Shown here: one piece after another, positions 26,124-37,300 of the stretch | Position numbering within the stretch: the stretch's first letter is position 1 | Layout of the letters: every line of letters starts with the position of its first letter | Source of the DNA: Gemmatimonadaceae bacterium | GTDB taxonomy: Bacteria > Gemmatimonadota > Gemmatimonadetes > Gemmatimonadales > Gemmatimonadaceae | Reading direction: 5' to 3' | Assembly: GCA_051859245.1 (NCBI GenBank) | Contig: JBHYGA010000004.1 | Span: 32,001 to 96,000, forward strand | DNA length: 64,000 nt | Notes under the pieces: generated by a model | The model's input: only the letters and a program-made list of their open reading frames with translations | Told to the model about the DNA's origin: nothing | Databases searched by the model: none | Translations under genes and position numbers: made by a program

Positions 26124-28952
26124 TTACGGCGTGTCGCGGCCTTTCTGAACCTGCGGCACGCCGTCGACCATCCAGCGCGGCGCGGGCGCGTCTTTGAGAT
26201 GGTGATCAAAGAACTGACGCATGCGCACCTGAAAATCTTTCTGATTTTCTTTCTTCGCGAGATGGTGCGGTTCGCCGGGATACGACAGGAGAATCACGTC
26301 TTTTCCATTGCGACGCGCCGCCGAGTAGAGCTCGAGCCCCTGCATCCAGTCAACCGCCCCATCTTCGGTGCCGTGCAGAATCATGAACGGCACCTTGATG
26401 TTCTGCACATTGTGCACGGGTGACTGACTCTCGTAGAGCTCCTTGGCCGTCCACGGCGTGACACCGCGCCCCATGCGCACCTGTCCAACTTCAGAAATGC
26501 CCTGCTGAATGGTGCCGCTGCTGCGATAGAGTGTGCCGTAGAAACTCATCAGGTTGGTGGGTGGCGCACCCGTAACGACGGTACGGAACATGTCAGTCTG
26601 CGTGAGAATGAAGCTCGACTGATATCCACTCCAGCTGTGTCCCTGCAAGCCGATGCGCGCTGGATCAGCAAATCCAAGTTCAATCACTTTTTTCACAGCG
26701 CTCGTGACGCAATCAAGTGCGGACGAGCCGGGTTTGCCAATCTCGTACACCACATCGGGCTGCAGCACGAGATAGCCGTTACTGGCATACGTGCTGATGT
26801 GTGGACGGTCGTCGTACACCGGCATACTGAAGCTGTGATGCTGCTGCGACATTTTCTCGTAGAAGTACACGATCATCGGGTACTTTTTGCCAGGCTCATA
26901 GTTGGCCGGCAACGTGAGTGTGCCTTGCAACTTCTGGCCCTTGCTGTTGGTGTAGTCGACCAAGCGTTTGCTCCCCCACGCGTACTCAACCATCTGCGGG
27001 TTTGCATCGGTGATTTTTCGTGGGCTCGTAAAACGACGATCACTCACGTACCAATCGGGATATTCGGTAAAGCTGCCCTTTGTAAATGCAATGCGCGCAC
27101 CATTCTCTGACACCGTGTAGCCACCCATCGCGCGATCATCGTACACAAGCGGGGTGGGAGCCTTGTTTGGCGCCAGTTCGTAGTACCCGCTCTTCTTGGT
27201 CCATTCGCCGTACGCCGTGAGCAGCAACGGACGTGTGAGATCGATTCCACGCTCTTCATCGCCTCGGCGCGCCCCTTCTGCGTTTCGCACTATGCGAAAG
27301 CGGATCTGCTCTTTGTCACCCACGCCGCGCGTGAGGTTCACCGCGCGCGAGCCATCGAGTGCCAGCTGCCAGATGTCGAATTGATGATTGAGCAGGACGT
27401 GTTTTCCATCGGCGCTCCAACCGGCCACACCGTAGGTGGGAAGTTCGTAATCATGATCATCCGTCACGTCGACAAAACGTGTTTCGGTGGCGTTATCAAT
27501 GATCACATCACGGCCGAGTTCAAGATCGTACGCGTGTACGCGCTTGTCTTGCAGATACAGGAAGTAGCGACTGTCTGGTGATGTGCCCATCGTGCGCGAC
27601 AGTGACCTGGCAATGAGCGTGCGTTCGCCAGTCGTCAGATTTACGCGATAGTAATCCGCGCGACTGCCGCCCCATGCCACTTCGCCACGGTAGCTCGTAT
27701 CAATACGACCAATTCCCCACTTCTGATTGGTGGTGGGCTGCACGTTGCGCATCACGTCGTCACCGATCACGCGCAACAATCCCGACGACGGCGTAAAGCG
27801 CGCCGGATACGTGGCACGACGTTCCTGTGCAAGCCGTACAATCTGGACCGACTGTGGTTCCGGATCTTTCCAGTGCCACACATCAACATTGGCCACGGGA
27901 TCGTCGGATTTTTTGGCCTCGATGTCCTGCGATTTGGTACCGAGTAGCAGTGAGGTGCCGTCTGGTGCCCACCGCAGCGGTGCGAACTCGCTGATGACCT
28001 GCTCTGTCGGCAGATTGACGGCAGAATCTCCGCGGAGAACTGCCGCCTTCATCTGTGCGCTGCCAACATTGCTGAACGTGAGCAACGAGTTTACTCGCTG
28101 CACTTTCCCTTCGGGCTTAAGCCCGCGCAGCACCGCCAGATGTGATCCCTTGTCGCTCCACGAGAGCTGCGCATAATCGGCAGCAGCACCATCGAGCGGA
28201 CGAACAGCGCCCGTTGCCAGCGTCAGCAGATACACGCCGTTACCAAGCTTTTCGGCCGCGTCTACGGTGTACGCCAAATGCGCGCCGGACGCATCAAAAG
28301 CGTAGAGGCCTACGTTGCCGATATTTCGTGTGCTGCCCGTGGCAAGATCACGCACGATCAGGTCGGCGCCGTCGTGCTTGGCCGAGGCAACGGGCTTGGC
28401 GCCACGCACCGCGAGCCACGCGCCACCGTTGGCGAACGCAAAACTCGCCGCGTTTGGCATGCTGAATGTCTCGCCGGTGCCAAGATTGCGCGCTTCAAAG
28501 CGTCGTGCTGGTGTGGGTGCAGCAGCGGTCGCTGCTCCTGCCGTGCGCGCACGACGCGCGCGTTCCAGTTCCGCCGTGGTGGGATTGACATAGTAGCCCA
28601 CCCATCGCGAATCGTCGCTGAACACCGGTGCGCTGCCAACGGGAATCGTGTGCGTACGGTCGCCACTCAACGACTTCACATGCAAGACGGCGTCCCCTTC
28701 ATTCGGAGCATACACGAACGACATCCACTCGCCATTGGGCGACAGCGCGGTCGACGTCACACGTCGCCACTGCGCGTAATCGTCGAGTGAGAGTGTCTTG
28801 AGTGCGCTCGTTGATGCGATCGCTGCGGTTGTGGCGCGATTGGCGGTGGACGGCGCGTTCTGCGCGGAGAGCGAAGCGCCGAACAACAGGCAGAGCGGCG
28901 TGAATCGCAAGGCGCGTGGCGTGCGCGCGACGGACCGAGGCAGGCGGGACAT
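26124..28952 (-). CDS. S9-family (prolyl oligopeptidase-like) peptidase
   Basis: Propeller region plus alpha/beta hydrolase with GHSWSG, HGTEDGAV and YPGEPHH; signal peptide. Confidence 0.92.
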   Translation of the reverse strand: MSRLPRSVARTPRALRFTPLCLLFGASLSAQNAPSTANRATTAAIASTSALKTLSLDDYAQWRRVTSTALSPNGEWMSFVYAPNEGDAVLHVKSLSGDRTHTIPVGSAPVFSDDSRWVGYYVNPTTAELERARRARTAGAATAAAPTPARRFEARNLGTGETFSMPNAASFAFANGGAWLAVRGAKPVASAKHDGADLIVRDLATGSTRNIGNVGLYAFDASGAHLAYTVDAAEKLGNGVYLLTLATGAVRPLDGAAADYAQLSWSDKGSHLAVLRGLKPEGKVQRVNSLLTFSNVGSAQMKAAVLRGDSAVNLPTEQVISEFAPLRWAPDGTSLLLGTKSQDIEAKKSDDPVANVDVWHWKDPEPQSVQIVRLAQERRATYPARFTPSSGLLRVIGDDVMRNVQPTTNQKWGIGRIDTSYRGEVAWGGSRADYYRVNLTTGERTLIARSLSRTMGTSPDSRYFLYLQDKRVHAYDLELGRDVIIDNATETRFVDVTDDHDYELPTYGVAGWSADGKHVLLNHQFDIWQLALDGSRAVNLTRGVGDKEQIRFRIVRNAEGARRGDEERGIDLTRPLLLTAYGEWTKKSGYYELAPNKAPTPLVYDDRAMGGYTVSENGARIAFTKGSFTEYPDWYVSDRRFTSPRKITDANPQMVEYAWGSKRLVDYTNSKGQKLQGTLTLPANYEPGKKYPMIVYFYEKMSQQHHSFSMPVYDDRPHISTYASNGYLVLQPDVVYEIGKPGSSALDCVTSAVKKVIELGFADPARIGLQGHSWSGYQSSFILTQTDMFRTVVTGAPPTNLMSFYGTLYRSSGTIQQGISEVGQVRMGRGVTPWTAKELYESQSPVHNVQNIKVPFMILHGTEDGAVDWMQGLELYSAARRNGKDVILLSYPGEPHHLAKKENQKDFQVRMRQFFDHHLKDAPAPRWMVDGVPQVQKGRDTP

Positions 28953-29015
28953 ACAAGATTCTCCGAGGGAAGGGCCACGCGGAACGGCGCGGCATCACCT
29001 CGAACATACGCCAGG

Positions 29016-29053
29016 AAACAAAAACGGGCGAACAGCGTGAAGCCATTCGCCCG
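29016..29053 (-). terminator. Intrinsic terminator
   Basis: Minus strand CGGGCGAATGGC-TTCAC-GCTGTTCGCCCG followed by TTTTTGTTT. Confidence 0.85.
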
Positions 29054-29072
29054 AACATCTCCTCTCGACGCG

Positions 29073-29387
29073 TTAGTGCGTAGCCATCTTCCCAAACACC
29101 GTGTCGAGCGCGCTCTTGAGCTTGGTGGTCGCGCCAGCAACGGCCTTGTGGAGGTCTTCGGCGTGATGCGAGACAGCGGTTGGCTGTCGGCCGGCAATGC
29201 GCGCCTCCATCAGGCACCGCTTGTCATCGGCCCCGTGCTTGTGGCTGTTCTCGTCGCTGAGATGCACTTCGATGCGAGTGATGCGGTCCGAGAAACGGGC
29301 AATGCCATGTCGTACTGCCGCTTCCACGTCGTTAGCGAGGGCCTCGTGGCCCTCCACGCTGCTATCCGTGTTGACCAGAACATCCAT
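29073..29387 (-). CDS. HPF/RaiA-like ribosome-associated protein
   Basis: ITRIEVHLSDEN..K...DDKRCLMEAR motif. Confidence 0.85.
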   Translation of the reverse strand: MDVLVNTDSSVEGHEALANDVEAAVRHGIARFSDRITRIEVHLSDENSHKHGADDKRCLMEARIAGRQPTAVSHHAEDLHKAVAGATTKLKSALDTVFGKMATH

Positions 29388-29504
29388 GTGAAATCCGCCT
29401 TGGAGTGAGACGTCGAACAGAATGGACGCAACGCGTCCGTGCACACGAGCTGTCGCAGTGATACCCCGCAGCCCGCATATTGAGCCGCGGTCACACCGAA
29501 CCGC

Positions 29505-30542
29505 TTATGGTGCTTCAACCGACAGCGTGATCGCGCGCACCGCGTTGTTGCCGTACCCCAACCGATTCCATTCTGCCGTATCAGGTTGCGTTGCGCCAGT
29601 GGAATCGGTGGCACGGCTTCGCAGCACCAGCCGACCCGCCGCCGGCATGGCACAGCGAAACACCCACGGTGTCCAGGCGTGCGCGCTTGCAGGCGCCTCG
29701 AGGTCGGCGCGTTCCCAGCGATCCCCGCCGCCCACGGCCACGTCAACCCGTGTGATGCTTCCGCCTCCAGACCAGGCCCAGCCGCGAACCTCAAGCTCGG
29801 AACCGATGACGACCGCATCCGGCGCGGGAGATGTGATCAACGACTTCACACGCATGCGCGTGACGGGGGTGTGCGCACCGTGTACATCGTACACGTATCG
29901 CTGCGCCTGAAAGTATCCTGTAAACGGCTCGGTCAGCAGCGACAGGCGTTGCACCCATTTCACATTGGCCATGCCATACCATCCGGGCACCACCAGGCGC
30001 ACGGGCGCACCGTGCATGGCCGGTAATGGCGCGCCGTTCATGTCATAGGCAAGCAGCGTATCGTGATCCATTGCGGCGGACAGTGGAAGTGACCGCGCGA
30101 AGCGCACGTCACGGCCATCGCGAGAATCGTCGCGCGGACCATGATCCGCGCCTTCGGCAAGTACTTCGATTGCGTTGGGCAACACACCAACCTGCGCGAG
30201 CACATCACGCAACCGCGCGCCACGCCAGCGAGCACTGCTCACCGCGCCGCTCGCCCATGGCTCGCCCGTTGGCAGCGGCTGCATGCCAAGACGATCGTTT
30301 CCCGCGCACTCCATGGTCACGAGGACCTCGTGTGCAGGCAATGCGCGCAGCGCCGGCAACGAAAGCTGCTGCGGCTGCGTCACGGCACCATCGATCTGCA
30401 GTGCGTACGCTTCAGGAGAAACCTGAGGCGTCGCAAAGTTGGATCGCACGTAGTGTGCTTCGTGAGGCGTTTCCTTCGCCGACAGTTCTGCGAGGGTCGC
30501 CTCGGCGTTGTACGGCTGCGTGTTTACCAGAAGTCGGGTCAT
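29505..30542 (-). CDS. Sulfite oxidase-family molybdoprotein (no signal peptide)
   Basis: YVRSN, Moco Cys in MECAGNDR, HGAPVRLVVPGWYGMANVKW; C-terminal dimerisation domain (WNRLGYGNN). Confidence 0.92.
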   Translation of the reverse strand: MTRLLVNTQPYNAEATLAELSAKETPHEAHYVRSNFATPQVSPEAYALQIDGAVTQPQQLSLPALRALPAHEVLVTMECAGNDRLGMQPLPTGEPWASGAVSSARWRGARLRDVLAQVGVLPNAIEVLAEGADHGPRDDSRDGRDVRFARSLPLSAAMDHDTLLAYDMNGAPLPAMHGAPVRLVVPGWYGMANVKWVQRLSLLTEPFTGYFQAQRYVYDVHGAHTPVTRMRVKSLITSPAPDAVVIGSELEVRGWAWSGGGSITRVDVAVGGGDRWERADLEAPASAHAWTPWVFRCAMPAAGRLVLRSRATDSTGATQPDTAEWNRLGYGNNAVRAITLSVEAP

Positions 30543-30612
30543 CTCTCAAAGTTACTGGCGTCGCGTGCATGCGCGCCATTGTGACGGAGCCCGCGACACA
30601 CCATCATCTATC

Positions 30613-32064
30613 ATGCTCTCGTTCCTCGCCGAATTGTGGCCCGTGGTGGTATCCGTCGGGCACATCGTGGCTGCAATCGGCGTGACGATTGATGCTGTCT
30701 TGCGAAAGCGACAGGTGCCGGCGGTGATCGGATGGGTGGGGCTCGCGTGGCTGGCACCCATTATCGGCTCCATGTTGTACGTGGGGTTTGGCATCAATCG
30801 CATCAAGCGTGCGGCCAATGCATTGCAGCGTGAGCCGGTGCTCGGCGATACCGGTGAGTTCCGCGCCGCCATGGCCGGCGCCGAGTTCATGAACGCGCTG
30901 GCTACGCAGCATCCCACGCTTCCGGGACTCGCTCGCCTGGGGTTGCAGACCACCGGCAACCCGCTCATGCCAGGCAATCGCGTTACGCCGCTGCGTGATG
31001 GCGATGAAGCGTATCCTGCCATGCTTGAGGCAATCAACGCGGCGAAGAAAACGATCACACTGCTCAGCTACATCTTTGACAATGATGCCACCGGCGAGGC
31101 GTTTCTTCACGCGTTGACCTCGGCCGCAGCGCGCGGTGTTGAAGTACGCGTTTTGATCGATGACGTGGGCTCTCGCTACACGCGCCCCACCATGGCGTCA
31201 CGACTGCGGCGCGCCGGAATACCTGTTGCCACATTCTTGCCAACCCGACTGCCCCGCCTGTTCCGATACGCCAATCTGCGCAATCACCGCAAGATTCTCG
31301 TGATCGACGGACAGATCGGCTTTACCGGAGGCATGAACATTCGCGACGGACACTGGCTTGCAAAACAACCGAAAGAACCAGTACGGTGTTTGCACTTTCG
31401 TGTTGATGGCCCCGTCGTCTACGAACTGCAGCGTGCGTTCAGCGTGGACTGGGCGTTCTGCACGCGAGAAGCGCTCGACCGTGATCCATGGTTTCCGCGA
31501 CTCACCGAGCACGGTAGCGTGGTGGCCCGCGGTGTACCACACGGGCCGGACAGCGATCTCGAAAACATTCTTGAGCTGATCCTTGGCGCACTCTCCGCAG
31601 CGACACATCACGTGCGGATTATCAATCCGTACTTTCTGATTGACGAAGTGCTGCTGCGTGCGTTGCAGGTGGCGGCGATGCGCGGTGTCGCCGTTGACAT
31701 TGTCGTGCCAGCAAAGAGCAACCTGCCCATCATGGACTGGGCCATGACACCGCAATTCAGACCGCTGCTGGAGAAGGGATGTCGCGTGTTCCTTACACCA
31801 CCACCATTCGATCACACGAAAGCATTTACGGTGGACGGCCAGTGGAGCCTGATCGGCTCCACCAACTGGGATGCACGCAGCCTGCTGCTCAACTTCGAGT
31901 TCAATCTCGAATGTTTCGATGTCGCACTCACCGCGCAGCTCGACGCGCTCATTGACGAACGCATCGAGAGCGGCCGCGCGATTACGCTCGCCGAGTTGAA
32001 AGCGCGCTCACTGCCCATTCGATTTCGTGATGGCGTGGCGCGACTGGGCGCGCCGTATCTGTGA
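30613..32064 (+). CDS. cls: Cardiolipin synthase (PLD family)
   Basis: Two N-terminal TM helices and two HKD motifs (HRKILVID; HTKAFTVD...GSTNWD). Confidence 0.9.
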   Translation: MLSFLAELWPVVVSVGHIVAAIGVTIDAVLRKRQVPAVIGWVGLAWLAPIIGSMLYVGFGINRIKRAANALQREPVLGDTGEFRAAMAGAEFMNALATQHPTLPGLARLGLQTTGNPLMPGNRVTPLRDGDEAYPAMLEAINAAKKTITLLSYIFDNDATGEAFLHALTSAAARGVEVRVLIDDVGSRYTRPTMASRLRRAGIPVATFLPTRLPRLFRYANLRNHRKILVIDGQIGFTGGMNIRDGHWLAKQPKEPVRCLHFRVDGPVVYELQRAFSVDWAFCTREALDRDPWFPRLTEHGSVVARGVPHGPDSDLENILELILGALSAATHHVRIINPYFLIDEVLLRALQVAAMRGVAVDIVVPAKSNLPIMDWAMTPQFRPLLEKGCRVFLTPPPFDHTKAFTVDGQWSLIGSTNWDARSLLLNFEFNLECFDVALTAQLDALIDERIESGRAITLAELKARSLPIRFRDGVARLGAPYL

Positions 32065-32074
32065 TGCGCCGCGC

Positions 32075-32512
32075 TTACTTCTTGACGGTAATCCGAATTG
32101 GCTTGGACACCAGATCGCGACTGATCACCTTGTGCTCGTGATCCGCGAGCACGGCACGCAGTGTGTATGTGCCGGGCGCGAGAGTGAGCGTGGTTTCAAT
32201 CTGGCCGGCGCCAAAGTGCCGGTGCAACGAGTCGGCAGGAATCACCGCACCGTCGGCTGGCGCGTCGACGTTGATCAACACGTGGAAGTGTCCGGTACCC
32301 TTGAGATTCACGCCGGCCGGTGCCACGCCGTAGTTCTTGAGTCCGAACTCGACCGGGAATGTGGTGCTGACCGTGGCGCCGTCGCGCGGTGTGCGTAGAG
32401 AGATCTCAGGCTTGGCCGCTGGTGCGGCGGTCGTGCTGGCGGCCTGTGCGTGCCCAACGGCGCTCGAAGCAGCCAGCAGAAGCAGCGTTGCGAGTGAGAC
32501 TCGTGCGATCAT
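32075..32512 (-). CDS. Secreted DUF4399-like protein
   Basis: Signal peptide; PAG..GTGHFHVLIN, HFGAGQIE and LAPGTYTL motifs. Confidence 0.8.
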   Translation of the reverse strand: MIARVSLATLLLLAASSAVGHAQAASTTAAPAAKPEISLRTPRDGATVSTTFPVEFGLKNYGVAPAGVNLKGTGHFHVLINVDAPADGAVIPADSLHRHFGAGQIETTLTLAPGTYTLRAVLADHEHKVISRDLVSKPIRITVKK

Positions 32513-32612
32513 GTGGCGAAATCCTGTAGGAGCGAACTTGAATTGCGGCGTACGTCGCACGCTGCGCCCGCGCGACATACGTGCGATCTATCAATACGGA
32601 TACCCCAAAGAT

Positions 32613-32644
32613 AAAACGCCGGACACGATTCCTCGTGCCCGGCG
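32613..32644 (-). terminator. Intrinsic terminator
   Basis: Minus strand CGCCGGGCACGA-GGAA-TCGTGTCCGGCG followed by TTTT. Confidence 0.8.
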
Positions 32645-32670
32645 CTCATTTTTCTCACTGGTCGAGCCGC

Positions 32671-34242
32671 TCAGTTGGGCAGCAGGCGCGTCTTCTCGAG
32701 GAATACCTCGCGTCCCTTCCGCTCCAGCAGATACACGACACCGTTCGTTCCAAAGCCCGCGATGCTGCGACCGGCCGGCAACTGCACACGGTGCACCAGC
32801 TCGCCCTTGCGGTTCACCACGTCATACGCGAGTCCAGCCGTTTCCGGCGCCGCCATGCCAGCCGGCAACATGCCCGCCGGAATCTGTCCACGCATATTGG
32901 CCGGAATCATCGCCGACATCTGCGCGGCCAGCGTTGATGTCGTTGGCAGAATCCAGAGATTGCCATCTTTGTCGGCCAGCGTGCTGCCCGCGCGAATGGG
33001 CGGGAAGTAGTCAGGCAGGTAGCTCGCGTCCACCGGATCAAACGCCGGACGGAAACGACCGGCACCGCCGCTGGCGGCCATCATCTGCTGCGCACGCTCG
33101 GTCGCTTCTTTCGAGGCGGTCTTGAGCGAGTCCACAATCTTGTCCTTTTCTTCATCCGTGATGCGCTTCCAATCGAACGGAAGCGGCGCGGAGCGCTGCA
33201 CCGATCCATCGGGACCGATGTAATCAATGCGATAGTCCAGCACACGCACCACGGCGACCGTGCCGTCGGACAGCAAGGCCCAGTCATCATTCTGCGGCAG
33301 CGGATTCATCTTCACGCTCATCTGCGTGCCGCCATCTTCCGTGGCCTTCATTTCAATCTGCGGATTCGTGACACGCATGAACGCGACCGTGTCGGTCTTG
33401 CGTGTGTCGAAGTTCGCGCGAAGGATCGGTACCGAATCCGGCAGCGTGCGCTGATTGAAGGAACGCGTGCGACGCTCACCGTTCACCGTGATCTGCGCGC
33501 TGTTGTTGCCACCACCCGGGAAACGATCTTCCTGCACGGCCGCGACCTGACGACGAATCGCTTCGGCCGACTGCTGATTGGGATTGGCGGGCGCGGTAGC
33601 GCCGCGGCCACCTTGTCCACCCTGACCGGGCTGCGCGGTTTGTCCACCGCGACCGCCACCCGGGCCACCACCAGGACCGCCGCCTGCCATGCCCATCATG
33701 CCGGGCGTTCCGGCAAAACCACCGCCACCAAATCCGCCGCCGCCACCGCCACCTGTGCGATAGATCAAGCGACCTTCAGAATCAAACGCGTTCGAACCAA
33801 GGTTCGCGCTGGCCAGTTGATTGAGTTCATTCGAACGCGGCGCAGACATCACGCGCACCATCTCGCCGCGCGGATTGAGCACGAGCAGCGAAAGCGTGGC
33901 CGGATCAACAATGAGTGACGAGTCGGCGATGTACGGCAATAGACCGGCGTTGCGCTGACCGTATGGAATCGGCGCTTCGAGGGTGTCGGCAACCACCTTG
34001 GCGATCTTGAGATTCTCGTCGAACAACACGACCTGGCGGCGCATGCCATCGTTCACCAGTAGCGTGCCGTTGCTCAGCGCGCGCAGCATGTTCACGTTGC
34101 CGAGCGACTGTGCGGTCTTCGCCTCGACCGGTCCGAGCTTGCGCACCGGAATCGTGGGCGCCTTCGCCGCGGTTGAATCCTGCGCAGCCAACGGCGCTGC
34201 GAACAGCGCCATCGTCGCAAAGGAAAAAAGTGTCTTACGCAT
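32671..34242 (-). CDS. Secreted beta-propeller-like hypothetical protein with a Gly/Gln-rich insertion
   Basis: Signal peptide ending PLAA-Q; NHL-like repeats (LADKDGNLWI, YDVVNRKGEL); low-complexity GGGGGFGGG...QPGQGGQGGRG insert. Confidence 0.7.
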   Translation of the reverse strand: MRKTLFSFATMALFAAPLAAQDSTAAKAPTIPVRKLGPVEAKTAQSLGNVNMLRALSNGTLLVNDGMRRQVVLFDENLKIAKVVADTLEAPIPYGQRNAGLLPYIADSSLIVDPATLSLLVLNPRGEMVRVMSAPRSNELNQLASANLGSNAFDSEGRLIYRTGGGGGGGFGGGGFAGTPGMMGMAGGGPGGGPGGGRGGQTAQPGQGGQGGRGATAPANPNQQSAEAIRRQVAAVQEDRFPGGGNNSAQITVNGERRTRSFNQRTLPDSVPILRANFDTRKTDTVAFMRVTNPQIEMKATEDGGTQMSVKMNPLPQNDDWALLSDGTVAVVRVLDYRIDYIGPDGSVQRSAPLPFDWKRITDEEKDKIVDSLKTASKEATERAQQMMAASGGAGRFRPAFDPVDASYLPDYFPPIRAGSTLADKDGNLWILPTTSTLAAQMSAMIPANMRGQIPAGMLPAGMAAPETAGLAYDVVNRKGELVHRVQLPAGRSIAGFGTNGVVYLLERKGREVFLEKTRLLPN

Positions 34243-34304
34243 AATGTTGACGGGCTCTGAAGAAGTAAACGACGTCCGATGAGTGAGCGTGTGAGGCGCG
34301 CGCA

Positions 34305-37300
34305 TTAGCGACCACCTCGGCCGCCGCCGCCACCGCCACCAAATCCACCACCGCCACCACCTCCGGCTGTGCCTGACCGAATGGCACGCAGCGAACGCGC
34401 GTCCATGAACGCGGCCAGCTGGGCGGGCAACAGGCGATACTGCTCTTCGGACAACAGTGATTTGATTTCCGGCACAATGCGCAGCAGCATGTCGACTGAC
34501 TGCTCACGACCCTTGCGGTACTTGTTGAACGCAATGTCGTGGTTGAAACGATCCGGCAATTCGGCAAACTCGCGGGCGATCGGCGCCCACACGGAATCGC
34601 TCTTGAGTACGTACCAGCGATTGAGCGTGGCCAAGCTATCGGCCTGCTTGCGCGTGAGCTTGAGCGTGTCGGACTGCTGCAGAATCTGCGCCATCGGGTT
34701 GAGCAGACCCGCGCTCACCGTACCACGCAACTGCTGCGCGCTCGGCTTGTTGCCAGGACGCGTGCGGCCGCGATCAAGCGTCTGCATGAGCGTCTGCCGT
34801 TCGCGCGTTGGGCCAATGTCGAACGTGAGCGACGCGGTGATCGACGTTGGCGAACGCACCGCATTCTGCTGCGGACGCGTGTTGCCAAAACGCTCGTTCA
34901 CTTCGTACGAGTATTCCTTGGTGAGCGGGTTGAAACCACGCACGTAGAGCAACTGGTCGTCGGCGATCGGCGTCTGACCCCAGCCCTTGAGGTTCTCTTC
35001 GCCGTTCACAAGGCGGTCAAGGCCACCGAGCGGGTTCTGCACGTTGAGGCTGAGGTTCGCGCGCTGCGGAAGGCCAACTTTGATGGAATTGAAGCTGATG
35101 AACAGGCTGCCACCGGAGGACCAAGGACGCTTGCAAGAGTTTCGCGCAGCAAGCTTGCCAAGCTGAGAAAGCAGGCACTCGCGCGCCTCACCCGTAGTGC
35201 TGGCGAGCAGCGCTTCCATGCCAGCGGCCAAGGCTGGATCTGCGGCCCGCGCGGGGTCGAAGATAAACGCGCGATCGTTGCTATAGCTGTCACCATTTAC
35301 ATCACCGGCAATACGCGGTGTGTACGGCGTCCCTGAGCGAAAGTTCATGCCATATCGAATCGTCACACGCTCAAAAAACTGACGACTTACGTTGAACTGA
35401 AACGCGTGACGCGAGAAGTTACCGGGGCCCCATTCACGCGACATTGGATCGCCAACGGTGCTTGAAAAACCATAGAACTGTTCGCGCACATCAGCCAGCA
35501 CGTAGTTCGCATTCCAGGAGAGTGCCGAATTGAACGCTACCGGGCTGAGCGAGATTGTGATCTGCTTGCTCTCGCTCGTGAGTCCGGACGTCTGCTGGGT
35601 GACACGACCAAACGCATCAACAACACGGGCTTCACGCCACGCCGTCTGGCCCGTGGTGGGCACAATCACAGACGGTGACACGTACACGGGGCGATTGCCT
35701 TCGCTGGCGAGCAAGAACTGCTGCACGCCCGGAAAGTTCAGGTCGATGCTGCCTGTCTGCGCGAGGTTGCGCGAGTACGTAGCGTCAATCGAGCTGCGGA
35801 AGCGGTTGCCAAGAATGGCACCGGCCCACTGCAGGTTCGTGCGCAATGAACGCTGCGCATTAAAGTTGTTGCCAAACAGCGTGACGTTCGGATTGCTGTT
35901 CGAGAATACTGTGCCGTTGGTTCCGTCGGCACAGGTGTTCGGAATGGTGCCCACGTCTACCTGATAGTCACTCCAGTTCGGCGACGGCGCCGCTTCACCA
36001 AAGCAGGTGAGCTGCTGCAATCCACTGGCCAGGCCCGTATTGTCGATGGCGCCCTGAATGAGCTGCGTATTGGGGGTGTTCTGGAAGATACCAATACCGC
36101 CGCGCACCACGGCACGCGGGGCGCGCACCATGCCCGGAATGAATGCGACCTGCGCATCCGTGCCATACGTCCACGAGAAACCAACACGCGGACTGACATA
36201 GAACCGGTTCGGGACCGCAGCATTGTCGAGGTTAAATGCCGACTGCACGAGCGGGTTCGCGGTCGGCCCCATCAGGAACTTGTTGCCGTCTACGCGTACA
36301 CCGTACTGGATCTGCACATCATTTACCGGACGCCACGCGTCGCCCAGCGACATCGCACCAACCACCTGGCTGCCGTTGCGGCGTCGCGGCGCGAGCTGAC
36401 GCGTGTACGAAGCCGGAATGCCCGCCTCAAGATCGGCCAGCGAGTTGAAGCTGAACGTGCCGAGTTCGTTCGTGGTGAAGTCCTGCCAGTAGCTCTCGTA
36501 GCGCAACTCACTCGTGAGTTTCACGCGATGACGATTGTCATTGCTGAACAATGAAATCGTATTCACGAGGCCAAGATTCGAGTTTCCACTCTGCGTGTTC
36601 GAGTTCGGACTGCCACCGAACGACAGATTGCGCACGCTGCCGGTGCCATTCTCGAGCGTGGAGTTCACGCGCACCGAGGCAGCGGGAAGAAACGCGAATG
36701 GATCCTGTCCGCTGCGGCTGATGCTCGCACCGAACGACGTCTCCGTGAGCGCACCAAACCAGCCGAGCAAACCACTCTGTCGTAGCTGCAGTGAGCCACT
36801 ATACGACAGGCTCTTACCCTGACGCGTAGGTGTGGAAAGCGCCGTACCACCGCCGCCACCAAAGCCACCGCCACCGCCGGCCGGCACCGACCGATTAAAG
36901 TTGCCCGACAACGCCAACGAGTACGTGTTGCCACGCGCCGAGTTGAGCGGTGTGAAGTCAAAGCTCGTGAGCATGCTGCCGCTCGTACGAATCGTCTGCC
37001 CCGGGAATCCCGCGATGTTCGCCGGCAGTCCCTGACCGCCGAGGATATCGAGGAAGCGCGCCACCGAGTCAACCGCAACACCCGCCGTGTTCAAACCAAG
37101 TGAGTTCGTATTCAGCAGCGTCTGCAAATCATTGAGACGGCGATCGAACTGGAAGGACCCGTTGTAGAACAGGCGATCAAACGAAATCGGACCAGACGCC
37201 GAACCACCGAGCGAGATATTCGTGTACTGCTGGCCCGTGGCGGCTGCTGCGCGATCGGTCCACTGCAATGACGGCGCCACCAGATTCGAGCTCAGCGAAC

